Assembly (NCBI GenBank): GCA_949290395.1
Contig: CASERQ010000004.1
Span: forward strand, 12,457-76,456
Length of the DNA stretch: 64,000 bases
Direction: 5' to 3'
From: an uncultured bacterium
Lineage (GTDB): Bacteria; Bacillota_I; Bacilli_A; RFN20; CAG-826
A model generated the notes under the pieces. The model saw nothing but the letters and a program-made list of their open reading frames with translations. It was not told the DNA's origin and searched no databases. Shown here in pieces: positions 31,176-40,821 of the stretch (position 1 is its first letter; the number at the start of each line of letters is the position of its first letter). A program made the translations under genes and the position numbers.

Positions 31176-31203
31176 AATATATCAAAGGTGCTAAATTGTG
31201 TCA
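31176..31203 (-). promoter_or_regulatory. Sigma-70 promoter of the tRNA operon (TTGACA - 16 nt - TATATT)
   Basis: Minus strand reads ttgaca caatttagcacctttga tatatt, about 25 nt upstream of tRNA-Val. Flanked by tcaaaggtgc / gcacctttga inverted repeats. Confidence 0.6.
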
Positions 31204-31298
31204 ATAAAATTTTTGACGAATTTTAAGCGCACCTTTGATAATGAGAAGCAATTAACTTAGCTTATTTTAAGCGCGTTGCCTTAAAGATTTTTAATTAA

Positions 31299-32588
31299 TT
31301 AGAATCCAGGTTTTCCAAGTAAATGGAACATGTTTTTCTTATAGACTTCAACACCTGGTTGGTTGAATGGGTTAAGTCCATTAAGGTAAGCACTCATAGC
31401 GCAAGCCTTCATATGGAAATAAAGAAGTTCGCCAAGAGTTCTAGGAGTAAGTTTATCAATAGTTAAGGTGATATTTGGAACGTTTCCAACGTGTCCATGA
31501 GCTTGAAGAGTTCCTTCATAAGCTTTTTTATTAACATAAGATAATTTTTTACCGGCAATGTAATTTAAGTTATCTAAGTTATCTTTATCGTAAGGAATTG
31601 TTACATCAGCATTTGGTTCTTCAATATAGGTAACAGTTTCAAATAAGATTTTACTTCCCTCTTGAATGAATTGTCCTAAAGAGTGGAGGTCTGTTGTAAA
31701 GATACAACTTGTAACAAGAAGTGATTTTCCTTCTTTTCCTTCAGATTCATCATAGAGTTGTTTGATCCAGCCGTTTAAACATTCAAGACGTGGTTCATAA
31801 GCTGTGACCATTTCAACTTTACAGCCTCTTAAATATAATGCGTGTCTTTCAAGAGCATATTTATAAGCTTCGTTTTGATCTAAATCTTCACTTGAATAGT
31901 TTTTGACCCCATCCTTAAGGCCTTTAATGAATTCATTAATATCAATTCCAGCACAAGCAATAGGGAATAAACCAACAGGAGACATAACTGAGAATCTTCC
32001 ACCAATATCTCCAGGAAGTTCAAATGTTTCATATCCTTCAGTATCACTAAGTTGTCTTAATGCACCTTTTTCTTTATCAGTAATTGCAACGATTGCATCT
32101 TTTGCTTTTTCTTTTCCATAACGAGCTTCAGCAAGTTCTTTAAGGATTCTAAAAGAAATGGATGTTTCAGTAGTAGTACCTGATTTAGAAATAACACAAA
32201 CACAGAAATCTTTATCTTTGATGAAATTTAATACTTCGTTTGTATAGTTTGGATCAAGTGTGTTTCCTAAATAGACAATTTTCATTTTGTCTGTAGAATA
32301 TAAGCCATTAATTGCTTCAATAACAGCACGAGGACCAAGATATGATCCACCAATTCCACAAACAACTAAGACTTCAAAGTTATCTCTAAAGAAATTAGCT
32401 TTTTTGATAATTCGATCAATTTCGCTTCTTTCAAGTCTTACTGGATAATCAAGCCAGCCAAGGAAATCTCCACCAGCTCCAGTTTTATCAACAATAATTT
32501 TATTAATTTCTCTTACTCTATCTTTCCAAATAGAAGGAATATAGAGATCATCTTGTTTACAATATTCAAATCCGACTTTAATACTCAT
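31299..32588 (-). CDS. pgi: Glucose-6-phosphate isomerase
   Basis: 429 aa, Firmicutes-type PGI. Sugar-isomerase (SIS) motifs including GGRFS. Confidence 0.9.
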   Translation of the reverse strand: MSIKVGFEYCKQDDLYIPSIWKDRVREINKIIVDKTGAGGDFLGWLDYPVRLERSEIDRIIKKANFFRDNFEVLVVCGIGGSYLGPRAVIEAINGLYSTDKMKIVYLGNTLDPNYTNEVLNFIKDKDFCVCVISKSGTTTETSISFRILKELAEARYGKEKAKDAIVAITDKEKGALRQLSDTEGYETFELPGDIGGRFSVMSPVGLFPIACAGIDINEFIKGLKDGVKNYSSEDLDQNEAYKYALERHALYLRGCKVEMVTAYEPRLECLNGWIKQLYDESEGKEGKSLLVTSCIFTTDLHSLGQFIQEGSKILFETVTYIEEPNADVTIPYDKDNLDNLNYIAGKKLSYVNKKAYEGTLQAHGHVGNVPNITLTIDKLTPRTLGELLYFHMKACAMSAYLNGLNPFNQPGVEVYKKNMFHLLGKPGF

Positions 32589-32970
32589 TTTTGCTTTCCC
32601 TTTCTAACTCTTCATTTATCATCTTAGGAAGTGATTTTTCGAGTTTTGAAAAATCAATTTCTTTTAGATACGCAGTAATTTTTTTGGAAGGAAGTATTTC
32701 CCTATATGGATTTAAATCACTTGGTAAATCTTTAATTGAGACGTTTAAGAATTTTGTATCTTTATCGACCCTTTTAATAGTTACTGTGATTTCATCTCCA
32801 ACTGAAAAATAACTATAGATATTGTTTACAAAGTTTGTTGAAATCTCGCTTATATGAAGTAGCCCAATATAGCCATTATCAAAAGAAAGAAAGGCACCAT
32901 ATTTTTTGATGCTTGTTATGATTCCTTCGACAATATCTCCTTCAATGTATGGACTATTTCCCAAAATCAA
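32578..32970 (-). CDS. S1 RNA-binding domain protein (YugI / general stress protein 13-like)
   Basis: 130 aa. S1 fold signature GDIVEGIITSIKKYGAFLSF...GLLHISEIS. Confidence 0.7.
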   Translation of the reverse strand: MILGNSPYIEGDIVEGIITSIKKYGAFLSFDNGYIGLLHISEISTNFVNNIYSYFSVGDEITVTIKRVDKDTKFLNVSIKDLPSDLNPYREILPSKKITAYLKEIDFSKLEKSLPKMINEELERESKNEY

Positions 32971-33655
32971 TATCCTCCGCTAATTTTTCAAATATTTTTA
33001 AATCGTCTTTAGTTGTGATTTTAAAATTTAATTCACTACCTTCAACAATTTTAATTTTGGCTCCACAAGACATAGCAATAGAAGTGTCATCTAAGAAAGT
33101 AAAGTTATTACTTTCTTTAGCTTTTAAATGAGCCTGGTAAATTATAGCAAATTTAAAGGCTTGTGGTGTTTGAAGTTTATATAAATGATTACGATTTATT
33201 GAATTTAAAATGTTACCATTTTCTTCTTTACATAAAGAATCTATTAAAGGTGTTGCAATTGTCGCTCCTTCATTTGTCTTTAATGTATTAATAAGTTCTA
33301 AGATATTTTCCTTTTTTATAAGTGCTCTACAAGCATCATGAATTAAAACAAAATCATCAGGTTTTGCAAGGTTTTTGACTGAGTTTAAAGCGTTAAAAAC
33401 GCTTTCTTGACGGGTAGAGCCACCTAAAACATACTTTACATTATGCTTAAAAGAATGAGTTAAAAGATACTCTTTTATAAAGTTTTCGTAATCTTTATTT
33501 ATTACTAAGTAGATATCATTAGTCTCTTTTAAGTTATCAAAAGTAAATAAAGGATATTCAAAAATATAATGATTTTTAACCTCAATAAATTGCTTTGGAG
33601 TTTCTCCTCCAAAGCGCGTTGATGATCCAGCAAGTAGAAGTATAATATGTGTCAT
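32954..33655 (-). CDS. ispD: 2-C-methyl-D-erythritol 4-phosphate cytidylyltransferase
   Basis: N-terminal LLAGSSTRFGGETPKQF nucleotidyltransferase motif, 233 aa. Confidence 0.8.
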   Translation of the reverse strand: MTHIILLLAGSSTRFGGETPKQFIEVKNHYIFEYPLFTFDNLKETNDIYLVINKDYENFIKEYLLTHSFKHNVKYVLGGSTRQESVFNALNSVKNLAKPDDFVLIHDACRALIKKENILELINTLKTNEGATIATPLIDSLCKEENGNILNSINRNHLYKLQTPQAFKFAIIYQAHLKAKESNNFTFLDDTSIAMSCGAKIKIVEGSELNFKITTKDDLKIFEKLAEDIDFGK

Positions 33656-34488
33656 TATAATTTTTCTTCGATTTTTTCGCGTTTTAATTCAAGAGTTTCG
33701 CGAATTGAAATACCATCAATTATAAGTTTAACAACTTTTTCAAGTTCGGAATTAGAAGAGTAGTCAGCTTTACAAATATAATTTACTCTTCCATCTTCAA
33801 ATAGATGAGCGACTTTGTCTTGTCCGTTTTTAGGATAAACCGCAATTGAAGATCCACCATTTTCTTTAACAAGAATCATACAAGGAACATCAGTTAATCC
33901 ATCTCCCATATAAATCATATTTTGATAAATAATACGTCTTTTAGGAGTTTTTTCGTTGATTTCTTTATCATCGTTGGTGTTTATTACGCCTTTTGAGATT
34001 CTAAAAATGTATTGCGTTTTAAGAGTGTAGTTAACAGTGGTGCGTGGCCAAAAAGCAAGACCATTTTCATCATAAAGATATTCGCTACCAAAGACTTGTT
34101 TAAATTCTTTAAATATAGGACAACCTTCAACAATTTCTTTGTTGCCGCTTGTGATGAGATAGTGCTCTGCAATAAGCCCTCTTTGAGCGGCGTATTCATT
34201 GATTCTCGAAAACCAAGTGGTGACGCCATCAAAAAATTTGATGTTTTTGCCGCACTCCTTGAGAAACTCTTTATTAAGAGGAATGTTTTCTTCTTTAGCG
34301 CACTTTATCATCATATATAGATAACCTAAGATTTTATCCATATCATATTTTTTACAAAATTCTTCTGTGAGTGCCCAAAACTCTTCTGGAGTATATCCAA
34401 GTTTTGGTATGAAACTAAAATTTTGCATGTCTTGAAGAGCTAAAGTTCGATCAAAGTCATACATTAAAGCGATAATTGGTTTTGCCAT
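33655..34488 (-). CDS. HAD-superfamily hydrolase
   Basis: Motif I YDFDRTL at N-terminus, motif IV GDGLTDVP. 277 aa. Confidence 0.6.
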   Translation of the reverse strand: MAKPIIALMYDFDRTLALQDMQNFSFIPKLGYTPEEFWALTEEFCKKYDMDKILGYLYMMIKCAKEENIPLNKEFLKECGKNIKFFDGVTTWFSRINEYAAQRGLIAEHYLITSGNKEIVEGCPIFKEFKQVFGSEYLYDENGLAFWPRTTVNYTLKTQYIFRISKGVINTNDDKEINEKTPKRRIIYQNMIYMGDGLTDVPCMILVKENGGSSIAVYPKNGQDKVAHLFEDGRVNYICKADYSSNSELEKVVKLIIDGISIRETLELKREKIEEKL

Positions 34489-34508
34489 ATTTTCTTTACC
34501 TCGAAATT

Positions 34509-34538
34509 ATTCTATCAAATTAAGTAGATTTTAGTCAA
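34509..34538 (-). promoter_or_regulatory. Sigma-70 promoter for the HAD-ispD-S1-pgi operon (TTGACT - 18 nt - TAGAAT)
   Basis: Minus strand reads ttgact aaaatctacttaatttga tagaat, then gaggtaaag SD. Overlaps the divergent start region of the 34560 gene. Confidence 0.55.
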
Positions 34539-34559
34539 AAAAGGTGGTATTTTACGGGT

Positions 34560-35114
34560 ATGTTTCTAAATGTTTTACTTTCTACTAGAGAAACAGTAAT
34601 AACTGTAATTCTTATAATAATAGGAGTGGCTTTACTTGCTTATTTGATTTTGCTTAGTGTCTCCTTTTATTTTATGCATTACTTTAAAAGAGACATTAAT
34701 ATTAAAAAAGATTCCATTAATTTAATTCTTTTTCAAAAGATTGATTTATTAATTAAGTTATCTTTAATTATGGAACCATTTTTAGAAGAGAATAATCCTT
34801 TAAGATTAATGAGTGATAACAAAGAGTTTAAGTTATATCAAAAGATTGAACCAAGTGAATTTGAAGAGTTTTATGTATATACTGAAAAAATGCTTCAACT
34901 AGCTCAAAAAGTTTATATTGATTCTGACTTAAATGAATATAAGAAAACTGTTGAAGAAATCTTTTTAACAATAGAAGAGTTAAATCAAAAATATTTCCAA
35001 GCCACTCAACTTTATAACACCTCAGTTATTGCTTATAATTATTGGTACAATTTATTCTCAACAAAATGGGTTAAAAAATTATTTTTCATGAAAACTATAG
35101 ATTCAATCAAATAG
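34560..35114 (+). CDS. Hypothetical membrane-anchored protein
   Basis: N-terminal TM helix (ITVILIIIGVALLAYLILLSV), 184 aa. No family motif recognised. Confidence 0.45.
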   Translation: MFLNVLLSTRETVITVILIIIGVALLAYLILLSVSFYFMHYFKRDINIKKDSINLILFQKIDLLIKLSLIMEPFLEENNPLRLMSDNKEFKLYQKIEPSEFEEFYVYTEKMLQLAQKVYIDSDLNEYKKTVEEIFLTIEELNQKYFQATQLYNTSVIAYNYWYNLFSTKWVKKLFFMKTIDSIK

Positions 35115-35128
35115 ATGGAGGTACAAAA

Positions 35129-36826
35129 ATGAAATTTGAAGATATGAAGCTTAGAGTTCCTAATTTAAATAGGATCGAAGCACAAACTAGAGTTTTAACT
35201 GATTTACTTAAAAATGCTCAAAATGAAAATGACGCTATTAAAGCAGTTAACAAATATTTTCGCTTAGAAAATGATGTTAATAGCGATATCACAATTATTA
35301 CAATTCGCTTTACTTTAGATACGCAAAATGAAACATATCGTAAGGCTCAAGAAAAGGTAGATGAAATCTCGCCTCTAATCAATAATTATTTTAAAAGATT
35401 TGAAAAAGCAATGCTTGAATCAAGCTTTAGAGATGCATTAGAAAAGAAATTTGGAAAACTTCTTTTCACTCAAATTGAAAATGGGTTTAAAACATTTGAT
35501 GAAAAAATCATCCCTGAACTTCAAGAAGAAAATAAACTTGTAAGTGAATATGAAGCTTTACTTGCTAGCGCTGAACTTCACTATAAAGGAGAAGTACTTA
35601 ATCTTTCTCAAATTGGCAAATATATGTCTAGTGAAGATAGAGAAACCCGTATTGAAGCCGCAAAACTTTATTATGGATTCTTGAGTGAAAACGACGCAAA
35701 ACTTGGAGAAATTTACGATAAACTTGTAAAAGTTAGAACCAAGATGGCTAGAGAACTTGGATACGAAAACTATATCAAATTTGGCTATCTTAGACTTGGA
35801 AGAGTAGATTATGATGCAAAACTTGTTGAAGGATATAGAGAACAAATTAAACGTGATGTTGTACCTCTTGTCCATCAATTAAGAAAAAAACAAGCCAAGA
35901 GACTTGGCTTTAAAAACCCAATTTTCCTTGACTATAATCTTTTCTATAAGGGGGGCAATCCTAAACCAATTGGCCCAACAAGTTATCTTGTAGAATCAGC
36001 AAGTAAGATGTATCACGAAATGAATGAAGAAAGTGGTAAGTTCTTCGACTTCATGGTTGAAAATAACTTAATGGATTTAGACGCTAAAAAAGGAAAACAA
36101 GGCGGAGGATATATGACTTATATTCCTCGCTACAAAGCTCCATTTATTTTCGCTAATTCAAATGGAACATCAGGAGATGTTGATACACTTACTCACGAAG
36201 TAGGACACGCTTTCCAAGGATATTTATGTAGAAATATTAAAGTCCCAAGTTATCAATCTCCAACCTTAGAAGCTTGTGAAATTGATTCAATGTCGATGGA
36301 ATTTTTTGCTTATCCATGGATGAATCTTTTCTTTGGAGAAAATGCTACAAAATATAAGATGCATCATTTAGATGGCGCTATCTCTTTCTTACCATATGGA
36401 GCAGAAGTTGATGAATTCCAACACTTTGTTTATGAACATCCTGAAGCAACACATGAAGAAAGATGTGCTAAATGGAGTAAACTTGAAAAAGTCTATCGTC
36501 CATGGCTTGATTTCGGCGATTTTGAGTATCTTAAAAATGGCAAAATGTGGATTAGACAACATCACATTTATGGAACGCCATTCTATTATATCGACTATAC
36601 TTTAGCTCAAGTTTTAGCTCTTCAATTTAAATGTGAAATGGACAAAAATAGAGATAAAGCATTTAAGAAATATATTAAGCTCTTAAAGATGGGAGGAAAA
36701 TATCCTTTCTTAACTCTTGTTGAAAAAGATCATTTAAGAAATCCATTTATTGATGGAAACGTCATTAAAGTAATTAAACCTCAAATGAAAGTTCTTAAAG
36801 CTTTAGAAAAAGAAATTGAAGGATAG
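35129..36826 (+). CDS. pepF: Oligoendopeptidase F (M3B family)
   Basis: 565 aa. Zinc motif HEVGHAFQG and downstream E. ggagg SD. Confidence 0.85.
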   Translation: MKFEDMKLRVPNLNRIEAQTRVLTDLLKNAQNENDAIKAVNKYFRLENDVNSDITIITIRFTLDTQNETYRKAQEKVDEISPLINNYFKRFEKAMLESSFRDALEKKFGKLLFTQIENGFKTFDEKIIPELQEENKLVSEYEALLASAELHYKGEVLNLSQIGKYMSSEDRETRIEAAKLYYGFLSENDAKLGEIYDKLVKVRTKMARELGYENYIKFGYLRLGRVDYDAKLVEGYREQIKRDVVPLVHQLRKKQAKRLGFKNPIFLDYNLFYKGGNPKPIGPTSYLVESASKMYHEMNEESGKFFDFMVENNLMDLDAKKGKQGGGYMTYIPRYKAPFIFANSNGTSGDVDTLTHEVGHAFQGYLCRNIKVPSYQSPTLEACEIDSMSMEFFAYPWMNLFFGENATKYKMHHLDGAISFLPYGAEVDEFQHFVYEHPEATHEERCAKWSKLEKVYRPWLDFGDFEYLKNGKMWIRQHHIYGTPFYYIDYTLAQVLALQFKCEMDKNRDKAFKKYIKLLKMGGKYPFLTLVEKDHLRNPFIDGNVIKVIKPQMKVLKALEKEIEG

Positions 36827-36854
36827 AAGTAATAAGATTCTTAGAAAAAAATTA

Positions 36855-36884
36855 AAATAGCTTGCCCTGAGGCAAGCTATTTTA
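36855..36884. terminator. Bidirectional terminator between pepF and the TSCPD gene
   Basis: aatagcttgcc ctga ggcaagctatt stem-loop with flanking A/T runs. Confidence 0.65.
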
Positions 36885-37148
36885 CTAATTTTCTTTTAAT
36901 ATATCTGCAATTGCTAAGGCAAGTTGATCAGGACAACTTGTAGGTTTTCTCGCGCACGTTGTCCCTTTTAAGATATCTTTAATTTCTTCTAAGGTTCTTC
37001 CTTTACAAAGTTTTGCAACGCCCGCTGTATTTCCAGGGCATCCATATAAGAAAGAAACGCTATCTATAATGTGAGTTGAATCATCATAAGTGATTGTTAC
37101 ACTTTGAGAACAAGTGCCCACATTTTTATGAGTATATGTTTTAAGCAT
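36885..37148 (-). CDS. TSCPD-domain protein
   Basis: 87 aa with the eponymous TSCPDQL motif and conserved Cys residues. Confidence 0.6.
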   Translation of the reverse strand: MLKTYTHKNVGTCSQSVTITYDDSTHIIDSVSFLYGCPGNTAGVAKLCKGRTLEEIKDILKGTTCARKPTSCPDQLALAIADILKEN

Positions 37149-37729
37149 TAAAGTTTAACAATTTCTCCATAGACTTCGCCAAAGCAGTTTCCTGCATTGC
37201 ATTCATCGGTATCGATATGCATTGCAAGTGCATAGCTTGGAGAAACTCTAATTACTGTATCACCAAATACAATGTTTCTGCCATTATTTGCTTCAACTTT
37301 AACCCAAACAATGTCACCACTTTTTACATTAAACTTTTCTGCATCAGCTGGAGTCATATGAATATGACGTTTAGCAATGATACAACCTTCTTTAAGTTCA
37401 ATGGTTTTACCATTTTCTGGGTTTTTAATTGTAATAGGTGCGCTACCTTTAATATCGCCACTTTCTCTAACTGGAGCTTTGATTCCAAGAGTTCTTGCTT
37501 CAGTAGCGCTGATTTCAACTTGATTATCTTTTCTTTCTGGTCCAAGAATTGAAGCGAGCATGCTTCCTTTTGGTCCAATGATTTCTAATTTAGTAGTAGA
37601 TGCATATTGTCCTGGTTGGGAAAGCATTTTCTTTGGAGTTAACTCAAAATCTGGGCTAAATAAATAATCTAATGCTTCTCTTGTAACGTGAACGTGTCTT
37701 GCACTGGTTTCGACTAAAATCTTATCCAT
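37148..37729 (-). CDS. PduL-type phosphate acyltransferase (phosphate propanoyl/acetyl-transferase)
   Basis: Two PduL repeats with SARHVHV and AKRHIHM motifs, 193 aa. Confidence 0.6.
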   Translation of the reverse strand: MDKILVETSARHVHVTREALDYLFSPDFELTPKKMLSQPGQYASTTKLEIIGPKGSMLASILGPERKDNQVEISATEARTLGIKAPVRESGDIKGSAPITIKNPENGKTIELKEGCIIAKRHIHMTPADAEKFNVKSGDIVWVKVEANNGRNIVFGDTVIRVSPSYALAMHIDTDECNAGNCFGEVYGEIVKL

Positions 37730-37878
37730 TAATATTTCCTCCTCTTTAGCCGTATTTTATTATATCAAGTTTTGCTAATCGTGTGAGAAGAAAACGCACA
37801 ATATTGAAGCAGAGAATATGCTAAAAGTGAAAATTAGAGATTTACAAAGTTGATGATCTATGGTAGATTAATATGCAC

Positions 37879-37963
37879 GCGCGAGTGGCGGAACTGGTAG
37901 ACGCGTACGTTTGAGGGGCGTATAGGTATTCCTGTGTGAGTTCGATTCTCATCCCGCGCACCA
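37879..37963 (+). tRNA. tRNA-Leu (anticodon GAG), class II, CCA encoded
   Basis: gcgcgag-tg-gcggaactggtagacgc...anticodon loop ttGAGgg...gagttcgattctcatcccgcgcacca. One A/C mismatch in the acceptor stem. Confidence 0.75.
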
Positions 37964-37976
37964 CTATAAATCTTAT

Positions 37977-38018
37977 CCCCTATTTCACTAGAAGTTGAAA
38001 TAGGGGTTTTCTTTTGCT
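37977..38018 (+). terminator. Rho-independent terminator after tRNA-Leu(GAG)
   Basis: cccctatttcac / gtgaaatagggg-like stem (cccctatttcactagaagttgaaatagggg) followed by ttttctttt. Confidence 0.7.
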
Positions 38019-38316
38019 TAAAAGAGAACTTCGAAAAATAACCGTTTCGAACTTTCTCGGACTTCGGCTCTTAAGATTTTAAAAGGTGAATGCTGTGTGT
38101 TTTGAAGCGATAATCTCGCAAAATTCATATTATTTTTAGAAAAACTACTTAAATTTGTGCTTTTAATATTTTAATTTAAGCTTCTAATAATTCGGACAAG
38201 TTCGATAATAAGTTCGAACTATGTTTTTGACTTCTAACAACCTTCCCAACAAAATATTTAAAATTCTATGCTAATATAATATTGAAAAAGAATTAATTAT
38301 TATTTTTGGGGATAAT

Positions 38317-38778
38317 ATGACTTTACAAGCAATCTCTAATTTAGAAAATTACATTACGACTATTATATTTGGATGTGTAGCAATTATTTATAATCTTTTA
38401 TTTTTAGTATTAGGTATTATTTTTGTTATCAAGAAAACTGATCTTAATTATACTTTTGGATATAGAAGTGCTTTTGCTTTATCTTCAGCAAATAGATGGA
38501 GATGGTGTAATAAAGTATTCTTTTTCTCTGTATTTATAACTCAACCAATATTTTTAATTATGAATGTTGCAATTTTTATAGTTTCCTTAATTTATACCTT
38601 GTCATTTGCTTGGATTGTTCTTTCTTTTGCGATATCAATAGCAATACTAATTCCTATATCACTATTTGTTGAAATATACGGAAGAAGAAAGTTTAAAGAT
38701 GAAGATATAGGAGAAGTTAAGCCTTTAATAGAAAACGAGCAATCTAAAAAGCAAGAGATTGATGAGTTTTGGAGCTGA
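38317..38778 (+). CDS. Hypothetical small integral membrane protein
   Basis: 153 aa, 3-4 predicted TM helices, charged C-terminal tail. First gene of the accessory island. Confidence 0.45.
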   Translation: MTLQAISNLENYITTIIFGCVAIIYNLLFLVLGIIFVIKKTDLNYTFGYRSAFALSSANRWRWCNKVFFFSVFITQPIFLIMNVAIFIVSLIYTLSFAWIVLSFAISIAILIPISLFVEIYGRRKFKDEDIGEVKPLIENEQSKKQEIDEFWS

Positions 38779-38864
38779 TTGAACTGTATTGAGCCGCTAT
38801 AAAGTCGAATAACAGCGATTATTGACGTTTTCAATACGAAATCGATATTTTCTGAAAATTAATT

Positions 38865-39893
38865 TTACTCAATAATCTCTTTTTGTTGTTTTTCATTTGT
38901 ATTCTTATTTTCATATTTTTTAATACTCTTAAAGCCAAAATAATAGAAATTTCTCAATCTATTAGATAACTCCTCATTATCTAAAACTAAAGCATCGCTC
39001 CCAAAACGTAAAAAGTATTGGAATAGTTGGTTAATAGAAGCCTCAAAATAGTAAATATCATCTTCAATTAATATTGGTTTAGGTCGATTAATAAATATTT
39101 TTGTATAAGACTTTTGGCCTTTTTTAGTTAATTTAATTTTACATTTTATTATCGGAGAATTTATAAAGTGTGGCTCGTTTTTATCTAGATCTTTCTCTAT
39201 TTTTTCCTTTAAAGATGGAGATAAGTTGTCCTTAAAAGATCTAGAAACTCGCAAATCTTTTAATTTATAGAGGTTAATTACGTTATATGTAGTGGATGTG
39301 TAATAAATTAAATAGGCAAATTGTCTATCTTTTGAATTAAAAATACCTAATGGAGACACTTCGTATTTTATTTCTGTCCCCTTGTTATTTATAACTTTAA
39401 AGAAAATTTGTTTGTTGTTTTTAATGGCACTTTTAATTAAATCTATTTCTTCTTTAAATATAATTCTTTCTCTTTCGTCTTGATTAAGCTTTGCGTATTC
39501 ATTAAATAATTTCCTCAAATAACCGCTTAGAGTAAAGATGTATGAGTACTCGCTATATTCAATATCAAGTAAAGCGCCTTCAGATTCTTTTGTTGATATA
39601 AATGTTAATTCGCAATCTTTTTTAGTATCTGATTCTTCGTTTTTTTCTTTTATTTTCAATATTTCATGAACTAAATCTTCCTTGTTTTTATTGTCTTTTA
39701 AAAGGAGAAGTAGGTTATTTTCAAGCTTGCTAATTTTACTATTGATTACTTCATAGTAATTAGAAATTAGTCGATTAATAAACCTATTTTTGTTTGAACT
39801 GCCATCATTTTTTGCAAATCTAAAAGCATCAATATCATTTAGTAATACTGAATACGTGTAATATGATAACATTACTTTATATTTGTGTGACAT
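38865..39893 (-). CDS. Hypothetical protein (342 aa)
   Basis: Long ORF with K/E/N-rich composition. No recognisable catalytic motif. Confidence 0.45.
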   Translation of the reverse strand: MSHKYKVMLSYYTYSVLLNDIDAFRFAKNDGSSNKNRFINRLISNYYEVINSKISKLENNLLLLLKDNKNKEDLVHEILKIKEKNEESDTKKDCELTFISTKESEGALLDIEYSEYSYIFTLSGYLRKLFNEYAKLNQDERERIIFKEEIDLIKSAIKNNKQIFFKVINNKGTEIKYEVSPLGIFNSKDRQFAYLIYYTSTTYNVINLYKLKDLRVSRSFKDNLSPSLKEKIEKDLDKNEPHFINSPIIKCKIKLTKKGQKSYTKIFINRPKPILIEDDIYYFEASINQLFQYFLRFGSDALVLDNEELSNRLRNFYYFGFKSIKKYENKNTNEKQQKEIIE

Positions 39894-40019
39894 AAGTATA
39901 TATTTTATCTACCTTTTATTTATTAAATTTATCAAATAGTACGATATTTATCAATAAAATTACATACTATATAATTTTTATTTTCTAGCATTTCACTTAA
40001 TAAAATTTACACTTATAAT

Positions 40020-40600
40020 GTTCATGTAACCTGATGAAGTTGGTCTTACAGACCGTCAGGATTCTTAGAATGTGAGTGGTTTAATAAGGATACTTGTTAA
40101 ATGACGAATATCTTATATAGAGATATATAAGGAAGGCTATTAAATTAACCTTATTCTAAGAAGTGCTTTTATTAAATTTTAAAAGTTAAAGCAACGAGTG
40201 ATCCGGATCTATAAGTGACTAAAAGCTAGCTGGTCCGCCATACTGCTAGTAGTGTGAGAGACTACCAGGTAAGAGGCAAACTCAATAAGGATCTCTGAGG
40301 TGACGTTTAAGCAATTAAACTATAAGGATTGCAAAGGTACGAGTAGCTAAATATAGACTCAGCTTGGCGAATGAATGGTTATCTTTTTAGGAAAGTAATA
40401 CCGACGTTTAGTGAAAGTTACTAGGTTTATCTAGTTTAATCTTTAAGTCTTCGATAGAAGATGGGGTTAGTAGTGTATAAGTCGCTCTTATACGCTTGGG
40501 CTAACTTCGATTAATGGCTGAAGAAACAGAGTTTAATAAAAGTAAGGCGAAGGCCTACGCTTTAAAAATATTTACCCATCAATAAATGGGTAAATATTTT
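40020..40600 (+). ncRNA. Candidate large structured RNA of unknown class (about 575 nt)
   Basis: Strong GC enrichment against AT-rich flanks; no ORF over 40 codons. Putative promoter (tttcac...17 nt...tataat at 40013-40018). Strong terminator aaaaatatttacccatcaataaatgggtaaatattttttt at 40563-40600. Confidence 0.4.
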
Positions 40601-40737
40601 TTTATTATTCGATTTCTTTAAGTAATATTTTATTGATTTAGTAAATGCCTCGTGACAGCATTTTCATGTTCATACAACTTCATGTTGCATCATTCTTCTT
40701 TAAATATATTGGATGATTTATAAATTTAATTTTTTAA

Positions 40738-40772
40738 AATGTCCAAAAATTCGGACATTTATTTTTTTGTAT
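40738..40772 (+). terminator. Hairpin + T-run (aaatgtcc aaaaattc ggacattt atttttttg), terminator-like
   Basis: 8-bp stem and T7 tract about 50 nt upstream of the FtsH-like gene. Could be an attenuator or the end of a short transcript. Confidence 0.45.
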
Positions 40773-40821
40773 TTAGAACGATAAAAAATCTGGTTTAGAT
40801 TTAAGGCAAGGAGATTTAGAA

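Noticed and set aside
40020-40600. RNase P RNA / tmRNA / rRNA fragment
   Set aside because: ggaaagtaat at about 40390 is not the conserved GGAAAGTCC; no TTCGAATCC-type T-loop + CCA end; no rRNA-like conserved blocks recognised. Left as an unknown structured RNA candidate.
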